A stretch of 64,000 nt of DNA from Acidobacteriota bacterium. GTDB lineage: Bacteria; Acidobacteriota; Thermoanaerobaculia; Multivoradales; J023. Under the pieces are notes generated by a model that was not told the origin of the DNA, did no database searches, and saw only the letters and a list, made by a program, of their open reading frames with translations. The first letter of the stretch is position 1. Every line of letters begins with the position of its first letter. Location of the stretch: contig JAJCXR010000024.1 in NCBI GenBank assembly GCA_029263315.1, positions 124,526 to 188,525 on the forward strand, given 5' to 3'. A program made the translations under genes and the position numbers. Shown here piece after piece: positions 38,412 to 47,007 of this stretch.

Positions 38412-38872
38412 TTACGCCAGCCAGGAGAGCCGCGGCGCGATGCCTCTCCCGGCATGCAGGAAGAACTTACAGCCTGAAGTCAACTTCAGAGTCAAGGGGT
38501 CCCCCAGAGAATGTTGTGTAGAGGGTCGCAAGCAGATTTGTATTGATTTGGGAGTACCAGGCTCAACCTCCCGATCAAGCCATAGCTGCGCCCGATCGAG
38601 CCTTAGTTGGCCTCCGACAGTCCTCCGACTCGTATCCGCAAAACAGCGGCGCAATGCTCGGCTCACGTAGACTAGGCTGATCAACACCGGTACATCGACC
38701 AGGGGTCCGACCGCTTTCGCAAAGGCGATCGGCGAGGCGATTCCAAAGATGCCGATGGCTATAGCGATCGCCAGCTTGAAGTTATTGCCAGAAGCGGCTC
38801 AACCCGCCGCTCAGCCCAAGGCGATGCCGGTCAGACTCCAAATCAGGAGCTTGCTGCGCAGCGACCCCGCGA
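38412..38872 (-). pseudogene. Remnant of an ACR3-family arsenite efflux pump; only the C-terminal 50-60 codons survive, interrupted by two in-frame TGA codons
   Basis: Minus-strand frame reads ...[55 protein letters not shown]..., matching the conserved ACR3 C-terminus (NF.LAIAVAI..FG..S..A.A.V.GPL.EVPV.L.LV). No upstream ACR3 body exists. Confidence 0.4.
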
Positions 38873-38995
38873 GATCTGACATGGGGTTTTCACAAGTCTT
38901 AGACCTCGATCTCATGACTCCAACAGAGAATCCTCACCGCTCCTATGGACCAGGAAGGGCCAGAATTCACGGTATTCGGAGCCTCGCACGACGAG

Positions 38996-40375
38996 TCACC
39001 GGGCTGCACGAGCTGCGCCCTTCACCATTTCGCTCAGCGTCGGATGGGCGTGAATCGACTTGCTGATTCGGTCGATTCTGCCGTTTCCGTGCATCGCAGC
39101 AACAGCCTCGTGCAGGAGATCATCACCGTGAGGTGCGAGAATGTGGAAGCCGAGGATTTGCCGGGATTCTCGATCTACAACCGCTTTGAGCAGTCCGCGT
39201 GGATCACCGATCGTTTTGGCTCGCGCGCCGTCCGCACGGACCGTGCCAACCGCCACGTCATGACCGCTCTCTCGAGCCTCGGCCTCGGTGAGACCGACTG
39301 CCGCCAGCGTCGGGTCGCTAAAGATCGCCCTCGGCACGACCCGGTAGTCGACTTCTTTCCCCAGGCCTTTGACGGCGTTCAAGGCAGCGAGGGGTCCGTC
39401 ATAGGTCGCCACGTGGGTGAACATCCAACCGCCCTTGACATCGCCGATGGCCCAGACATGCGGCTGGCTCGTCCGAAGCTGGCCGTCGACCGGAATAAAG
39501 CCCCTCGCGTCTATGTCGATACCGGCGGACCGTAGGTGGAGGCCGCCGGTGTTCCCGACCCGCCCGGCCGCAACCAGGACTTCTGCGGCACGGTACTCCT
39601 TCTCTGAGCCGTCAGTGCTACAGACGGCTATCTTCTGTCCGTTCTCGTCGCGTATCGACTGCACGGCGGCCCCGGTTCTGACGTTGATGCCCTCCTCTCG
39701 GAGGTAGTCCGCAAGGAGCTCGGAGAGCTGAGGATCCTCTCCGGGCGCCAAGCGGTCATTGCGGCCGAGGAGAGTGACCCTCGAGCCGAAGCGGGAATAC
39801 ATCTGAGCAAACTCGATTCCAACGTAGCCGCCTCCGATCACCAGGAGGCTCGACGGCACACGCCCTAAATGCAGAGCTGTATCGTTGTTCAAAGAGTCAA
39901 TAGCTTCCAGGCCCGAGATCGGAGGCACGACCCGGCGTGCCCCTGTGGCGATGATCGCCTTGGTGAAGCTGATTCGGCGATCGCCAGTGTCGATTTCGTG
40001 GGGACTGACGAATCTGGCCTCTCCTCGGACGAAATCGATCGCATCCCGTCGTTTGCTCAACGCGCCATGGATCGTCTTATGAATGCCGCTAACAATGGCG
40101 TCCTTGCGCGCCACGGCCTGATCCAGCCGAAAGCGCACGGCGCCATCGATCTCAACTCCGAGGTCGGTCGCCCGCCGGGCAACCAGGTGCATCACTTCGG
40201 CCGAGCGCAGCAAGGCCTTGGTAGGGACGCACCCCTCGTTGACTCAGGTGCCGCCGACCTCCGCGCGCTCGACGAGCGCAACCCGGGCTCCGAGGTTGGC
40301 CGCCATATGGGCGGCCGGCAGACCTCCCTGTCCAGCTCCGATCACCGCCAAGTCATAGTCATGTGATGGCATCAT
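38996..40375 (-). CDS. LpdA/GR/MerA-like flavoprotein disulfide reductase with an in-frame TGA replacing the first redox-active Cys
   Basis: From ATG 40375, preceded by GAGGGAG: MMPSHDYDLAVIGAGQGGLPAAHMAANLGARVALVERAEVGGT-TGA-VNEGCVPTKALLRSAEVMHL..., then about 415 aa of intact frame through the NAD(P) GxGxxG and the C-terminal HAHPTLSE dimerisation motif. The TGA is codon 44 at 40244-40246, where the canonical [13 protein letters not shown] has Cys. This is either a selenocysteine codon or a nonsense mutation. Confidence 0.6.
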
Positions 40376-40397
40376 GGTTCTCCCTCTACTTTGGTTT

Positions 40398-40427
40398 GTG
40401 TCAAGTTGTGTCAAGTTGTGTCAAGTC
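40398..40427. repeat. Three tandem copies of GTGTCAAGTY in the 5' region of the TGA-containing reductase gene
   Basis: gtgtcaagtt gtgtcaagtt gtgtcaagtc, 20-50 bp upstream of the ATG at 40375. Confidence 0.8.
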
Positions 40428-40461
40428 TCGCTCGAGAGCCGAGGTCCTGGGTGACGCCCGG

Positions 40462-40563
40462 CTATTCTTTCGAATCGCCGTGACGGTCACCTTCCAGCAC
40501 AGTGCCGGCCGAAAGGGCAGCAACAACCAGCAGGATCGAAGCATGAGTGAGCTTGGGATTCAT
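40462..40563 (-). CDS. Possible 33-aa secreted peptide between merA and the TGA-reductase gene
   Basis: MNPKLTHASILLVVAALSAGTVLEGDRHGDSKE, with a strong SD (AAGGAGAAGGGTCC-ATG). It is below the ORF-track length cut-off. Confidence 0.35.
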   Translation of the reverse strand: MNPKLTHASILLVVAALSAGTVLEGDRHGDSKE

Positions 40564-40617
40564 GGACCCTTCTCCTTCGGAGTGATGAGCGTGCCGACGA
40601 CGCTTCGTCGGCTAGGG

Positions 40618-42380
<1,763 letters not shown>

Positions 42381-42409
42381 CATCTCGTGTTCTCCTTGTC
42401 TCAGGTGGC

Positions 42410-42751
42410 CTACAACAGCCACGATGCGTAGTACGGAAACGCCATCAAGGCGACCGCGACGGTCGCTACGATCCACAGCACAATGCGGTGCCGCCGCCGG
42501 CTCTTGGGGACCGCGCAGGCTTCCCCCGGCTCGCACTCCACCGGCCTGTAGGCCTGATAGAAGGCGAAGCCTAGGAAGATGAGGGTCAGCCCTGCGAACC
42601 AGGGGCGAAGGGGCTCGAGCTTCGCTCCCAGGGCCGCCGACCCGACCCCGAGGACCGCCACAGCGACTGGCAGGATGCAGCACAGCGAAGCACCAAAAGC
42701 AGCGATCACGGCTCCGGCGTTGACAAACACGTTCTTCTTGGTTTCTTCCAT
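42410..42751 (-). CDS. merT: Mercuric ion transport protein MerT
   Basis: Three TM helices. TM1 has the Cys-Cys pair (GASLCCILPV). The cytoplasmic loop has the second Cys pair ECEPGEACAVP. The C-terminus VLWIVATVAVALMAFPYY is MerT-like. Confidence 0.75.
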   Translation of the reverse strand: MEETKKNVFVNAGAVIAAFGASLCCILPVAVAVLGVGSAALGAKLEPLRPWFAGLTLIFLGFAFYQAYRPVECEPGEACAVPKSRRRHRIVLWIVATVAVALMAFPYYASWLL

Positions 42752-42769
42752 CGGGTGCTCCCGTTCAAT

Positions 42770-43090
42770 TCAGCTCTGCTTGAGCAAGGTAGCGAGGACT
42801 TTGGTGACCTTCTTGAGCCGCTCGTCCGGGTCGCCTTCCATGCAGGTATTCATGCAGGAGTGCAGCTCGTGCTCCAGCAGCACAGCGGAGAAGCGATTGA
42901 GTGCCGCCTTGACCGCGGATACCTGCAGCAGGATTTCGTCGGCGCACCGCTCCTCCTCGAGCATCTGGCCGACGCTCCGAAGGTGCCCTTCGAGCCGTGC
43001 AAGCCTGTTGCGCAAAGCGCGTTTCGCAGCCTCGTCTAGGTATCCGAGACCGGCTGGATGGGAGGTCGAAAGATCGTTCTTCGAAATCAT
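42770..43090 (-). CDS. CsoR/RcnR/FrmR-family (DUF156) metal-sensing transcriptional repressor
   Basis: 106 aa with ARLEGHLRSVGQMLEEERCADEILLQVSAVKAALN and the C-H-C ligand pattern (C..H..C). AAGGAGAA SD. Sits 18 bp upstream of merT. Confidence 0.8.
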   Translation of the reverse strand: MISKNDLSTSHPAGLGYLDEAAKRALRNRLARLEGHLRSVGQMLEEERCADEILLQVSAVKAALNRFSAVLLEHELHSCMNTCMEGDPDERLKKVTKVLATLLKQS

Positions 43091-43118
43091 GAAAAGGTTC
43101 TCCTTCTTTGGACTGGTT

Positions 43119-43137
43119 TATCCCCCCCGGGGGGATA
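43119..43137. promoter_or_regulatory. Candidate CsoR-type operator: G/C-tract palindrome TATCCCCCCC-GGGGGGATA
   Basis: Near-perfect dyad 29 bp upstream of the csoR-like start codon. CsoR-family operators are typically C-tract/G-tract inverted repeats. Confidence 0.45.
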
Positions 43138-43379
43138 CCTCAATCTAACACTACGCAGCAGCCTCGAGCTCGGTTCATTCCTACTTGCCGAGTGGGGAAA
43201 ACTGCGTCTTGGTGCTGATCGATCGATCGAGCTTGGAGGGAACCGACTGAGGGGGGGCCAGGGCAACCGGTGTCACCTCGTCTACCTGAGTCAGGGATCT
43301 TGACGAGACCGGAGTTTCCGGGTTGCTGTTCTTCTCAATCTCGAGACGGGGAATCGCCCACGAGCCGTCCGGGCGCCGA

Positions 43380-44774
43380 CTAGCGCTCCGCCGTCAACAG
43401 CAACGGCGCCAGCTCCGCCAAGTCCTCAACGACGACGGTGGCCAACCCCTCGGGAACGACCCGCAGGTCCCCGGGTGGTAGGAAGACCTGGCGGAACCCC
43501 AAGGCGGCGATTTCCCGCAGCCGGGCCTCGGTCTGCGACACCGGTCGGACCTCCCCCAGCAGGCCGACTTCGCCGAAGAAGACGGCCTCGTGGGGCAGGG
43601 GTCGCTCCCGCTCGGCGCTGAGCATGGCGGCGGCGATGGCCAGATCGGCGGCGGGTTCTTTGAGCTGGAGGCCACCGACCACGTTGAGGAAAAGGTCCCG
43701 GTCGCCGAGTCCCAGACCGCCGAAACGCTCGAGCACGGCGGCCAGCAGGATGCTGCGATGGCGGTCGACGCCGACGCTCATGCGGCGGGGGGATGGGAAG
43801 CTGGTGGGATGAATGAGCGCTTGCACTTCCACCAGCAGGGGGCGGGTGCCGTGCAGGCTGGCACACACCGCCGAGCCGGGACGATGTCCGCGGCGCCGGG
43901 CCAGCAGCACCCGGGACGGATCTTTGACCGCCACCAGGCCGTTGTCATGCATCTCGAACATGGCCACCTCGCCGGTGGGCCCGAAGCGGTTCTTCTGGGC
44001 CCGCAGAACCCGGTACTCGGAATGGCTCTCACCCTCGAAGGTGAGGACCGTATCGACCAGATGCTCCAAAGATTTTGGCCCGGCGATGGCGCCGTCTTTG
44101 GTCACGTGGCCGACCAGGAAGAGAGCCATGTCATAGCCCTTGGCCAGCTCGACCAGGCGATCGGCACAGGCCCGCACTTGACCGATCGAACCAGGCGGGC
44201 CACTGAGCTCTTGGCTGCGCAGGGCTTGCACCGAGTCGACCAGCACCATGTGGGGACGACGTTCGCTGATCACCTGTAGCAGCGGTTCGAGTCGGGTTTC
44301 TCCAGCAACGTGCAGCGTCTCGGCTTCACACCCCAGGCGGCTGGCCCGCAGGTGCAGCTGCCTGGGGCTCTCCTCGGCGCTGAGATAGAGCACTGAGGCG
44401 CCGCTGCTGGCCAGGTCGTTGCCCATTTGCAGCAGTAGGGTGGACTTGCCGATGCCCGGCTCGCCGGACAGCAAGACGGCACCGCCGGGCACGATGCCGC
44501 CACCCAGAACGCGGTCGATCCATGGTGAGCCGGTCGACAGTCGGCTCCCTTCGTCGGCCACGATGTCCCGTAAGGGCTGGACGATGGTGGCCGGGCCTTG
44601 GCCCTTGAGGCGGGAGGAGGAGGCCGTAGGCGCCAAACCGCCGCCGCGGCTACCCCGCTCCTCCACTTCCTCGCTGAACGAGTCCCAGGCGCCGCAGTCC
44701 GGGCAGCGACCCAGCCACTTTGGGCTGCGGTAGCTACAGCTCTGGCAGATGTGGATCGATCGCGGTGCGGCCAT
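43380..44774 (-). CDS. radA: DNA repair protein RadA/Sms
   Basis: N-terminal zinc finger CQSCSYRSPKWLGRCPDCGAW, RecA-like Walker A GEPGIGKST, and a Lon-like C-terminal domain. Confidence 0.9.
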   Translation of the reverse strand: MAAPRSIHICQSCSYRSPKWLGRCPDCGAWDSFSEEVEERGSRGGGLAPTASSSRLKGQGPATIVQPLRDIVADEGSRLSTGSPWIDRVLGGGIVPGGAVLLSGEPGIGKSTLLLQMGNDLASSGASVLYLSAEESPRQLHLRASRLGCEAETLHVAGETRLEPLLQVISERRPHMVLVDSVQALRSQELSGPPGSIGQVRACADRLVELAKGYDMALFLVGHVTKDGAIAGPKSLEHLVDTVLTFEGESHSEYRVLRAQKNRFGPTGEVAMFEMHDNGLVAVKDPSRVLLARRRGHRPGSAVCASLHGTRPLLVEVQALIHPTSFPSPRRMSVGVDRHRSILLAAVLERFGGLGLGDRDLFLNVVGGLQLKEPAADLAIAAAMLSAERERPLPHEAVFFGEVGLLGEVRPVSQTEARLREIAALGFRQVFLPPGDLRVVPEGLATVVVEDLAELAPLLLTAER

Positions 44775-44798
44775 GGACGGGTTCTCAGGTCTCGAAGG

Positions 44799-46205
44799 TT
44801 AGAAGCCGGCTTGCTCGGTGTGCACTTTTTCCATATTGCGGAAGGTCGTATTCTCGCCCATGAAGACCAGATCGACGGTGCCGGTTTCGCCGTTACGATG
44901 CTTGGAAATGATGAGCTCCGCCAATCCTTTGTTGTCGGGGTCATCCTTGTTGTAGAGCTCGTCGCGGTAGATGAAGCACACCATATCGGCGTCCTGCTCG
45001 ATGGAGCCACTCTCACGCAGATCCGCCAGTTGGGGACGATGGTCGTTGGCCCGACGCTCGGTTTGGCGCGACAGCTGCGACAGGGCGACCACCGGAATCA
45101 TCAGCTCCTTGGCCAGCTGTTTGAGACCACGGCTGATGGCGGCGATTTCCAGTTGCCGGTTTTCGTAGCGCCCCCCCGCCTGCATGAGCTGGAGGTAATC
45201 CACCAACAAGAGGTCGAGACCCTTTTCGGCCTTCAGACGCCGCGACTTGGAGGCGATCTCCAAAAGCGACGGATTGGGTGAGTCATCGATGAAGATCTGC
45301 GCCTCGTTGGTGCGCCGGGTGGTTTCGTAGATGCGCCCCCACTGCCCTTCGGACATCTTGCCGGAGCGCAGGTTGCCGAAGGGAATGTCGGCCTCCGAGG
45401 CGAGAATACGTTGCACCAGCTCCTGCTCGCCCATTTCGAGGGAGAACAGGGCCACCGACTTCTCTTCCCGGATGGCGACGTTCTGGGCGACATTGAGGGC
45501 AAAACTGGTTTTACCCATGCCCGGACGACCGGCGATGATGATCAAGGCCCCGGCGCCCAGGCCTTGGGTCATGCGGTCCCAATCATAGAAACCGGTGGGG
45601 ATGCCCACCAAGCCGCCGCCGGCCCGTTGCTCGAGGCTGGCGATGGTGGCTTCGTAGACCTCCGCCAGGGCAGAAAATCCCTTCTGCACCGCCTCTTCCG
45701 ACAGGCCGAAGATGCTCTTCTCCGCTTCCGCCAGGGCCTCCGTGGCATCGAGGCCCCCCTCGAGGCAGCCGAAGACCAGCTCTTGGCATTTCTGCACCAG
45801 ACGGCGACGGACGGAACGTTCCTTGACGATCTCGACATAGGTATCGACCCGCCCGATGTCCGGCAAGTCGAGATCCAGGCCGGCCAGGAAAGCCATGCCA
45901 CCGATGAGCTCGAAGGAACCCTTGAGCTGCATGTGCGCCTGCAGGGTCCGCAGGTCGATCTCCGATTCCCGTTCCTGAAGCTCGAGCATCGCCCGGAAGA
46001 TCAGCTGATGCTTTTCGAGAAAGAAGTCCTCGTCCGTCATCCGCCCGGTGATGGTTGGCAGAATCCGTGGCGACAAGAGAATCGACGCCAAGACGGCGCG
46101 CTCCGCCTCCTCGCTATTGGGCAAGGTCTTGCCGGCGGCCGACTCGAAAGTGGGTGTCGGCGCCTTGCGGCGGGAGCGTTCGAAATTCATCGTCTTAGGA
46201 GGCAT
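44799..46205 (-). CDS. dnaB: Replicative DNA helicase DnaB
   Basis: DnaB N-terminal domain, Walker A GRPGMGKTSF and the RecA-like fold. The start is ambiguous (46205 or 46190) because it lies inside a tandem repeat. Confidence 0.9.
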   Translation of the reverse strand: MPPKTMNFERSRRKAPTPTFESAAGKTLPNSEEAERAVLASILLSPRILPTITGRMTDEDFFLEKHQLIFRAMLELQERESEIDLRTLQAHMQLKGSFELIGGMAFLAGLDLDLPDIGRVDTYVEIVKERSVRRRLVQKCQELVFGCLEGGLDATEALAEAEKSIFGLSEEAVQKGFSALAEVYEATIASLEQRAGGGLVGIPTGFYDWDRMTQGLGAGALIIIAGRPGMGKTSFALNVAQNVAIREEKSVALFSLEMGEQELVQRILASEADIPFGNLRSGKMSEGQWGRIYETTRRTNEAQIFIDDSPNPSLLEIASKSRRLKAEKGLDLLLVDYLQLMQAGGRYENRQLEIAAISRGLKQLAKELMIPVVALSQLSRQTERRANDHRPQLADLRESGSIEQDADMVCFIYRDELYNKDDPDNKGLAELIISKHRNGETGTVDLVFMGENTTFRNMEKVHTEQAGF

Positions 46206-46250
46206 TCATCCGTCTTGGGAGGCATTCATCCGTCTTGGGAGGCATTCAGA
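46188..46250. repeat. Three tandem copies of a 20-bp unit (CCGTCTTRGGAGGCATTCAT) spanning the lipoprotein stop and the dnaB start
   Basis: On the coding (minus) sense each unit reads TGAATGCCTCC(C/T)AAGACGGA. Each copy carries a TGA and an ATG. Confidence 0.85.
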
Positions 46251-47007
46251 CATCATCGGCGGTACAGAAACTCTCGCTGAAACGGCGTGGGATTTCCAGG
46301 GGCTCCAAAGGCGCCGTCAGGGTTTCGCGAACCACTTCCTTCCACCGCAGTTGTTGCTGCGAGCTGCGGTGGGCGTAGGTGCCGCCTTGGTCGTCCTCAC
46401 GGCGCCACCAGGCAATGGATTCGTCCCCTTCCAATTGGCTCCACCACTGTAGCTCGTCGGACCGAAAACTGCCATTCCAACGTTGGCCCTCGGCGTCGAG
46501 GAACGTCAGATGCGTGTCGAATATTTCTAGATTCGCCTTCGGCTCGGTGGGCATACGACCCAATAACAATCGCGGCAAGGCCACCAAGGGGAGCCGGGCG
46601 ATGGGCAGAAATCCCAGCCGGTCGGCGGGCCCGAGATGGCAGAACTCCCGGTTGCGGTGATCGAGCCAGGTGGCGTTGCCGGTGGCGTCGAGGTCGAGGG
46701 ACCACAGCTTGCGGCCGAGGCCGTCGGCGGCGAGCATGCGGTATTGGCGCTCCCCCACCAAGTACAGGGTGAGCTTGAAGCCGGCCCGTTCGTCGTCGGG
46801 ACCTTGGTAGCGAATTCGATAGAGGCGCTGGGTGGGATACGCCTCGGGGGGAATTTGCCACATCTCCGCCGACCCTGGGCTGCTCGGCGGGTTGCCGAGA
46901 AGCTCGCCCAGGGAGCCTGAGGCACAACCGAGACTGAGGGTGCACAGGATCACCAGACCGAGCAACTCGCAAGCGCAACGCCCCTTGGGTCTGACGCCTG
47001 GCGTCAC
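46246..47007 (-). CDS. Hypothetical lipoprotein
   Basis: Lipobox LSLGCASG. No assignable family. Confidence 0.5.
   Translation of the reverse strand: MTPGVRPKGRCACELLGLVILCTLSLGCASGSLGELLGNPPSSPGSAEMWQIPPEAYPTQRLYRIRYQGPDDERAGFKLTLYLVGERQYRMLAADGLGRKLWSLDLDATGNATWLDHRNREFCHLGPADRLGFLPIARLPLVALPRLLLGRMPTEPKANLEIFDTHLTFLDAEGQRWNGSFRSDELQWWSQLEGDESIAWWRREDDQGGTYAHRSSQQQLRWKEVVRETLTAPLEPLEIPRRFSESFCTADDV

Noticed and set aside
38412-38687. ORF 38412..38687 as an independent gene
   Set aside because: Its N-terminus continues, without a start, the ACR3 C-terminal homology. It is annotated instead as part of a pseudogene remnant.
40213-40213. Treating the ORF-track model 38996..40213 as the complete reductase gene
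   Set aside because: That model lacks the FAD-binding GxGxxG. The upstream in-frame 132 nt encode a canonical N-terminus up to the TGA, so the gene is longer (38996..40375).
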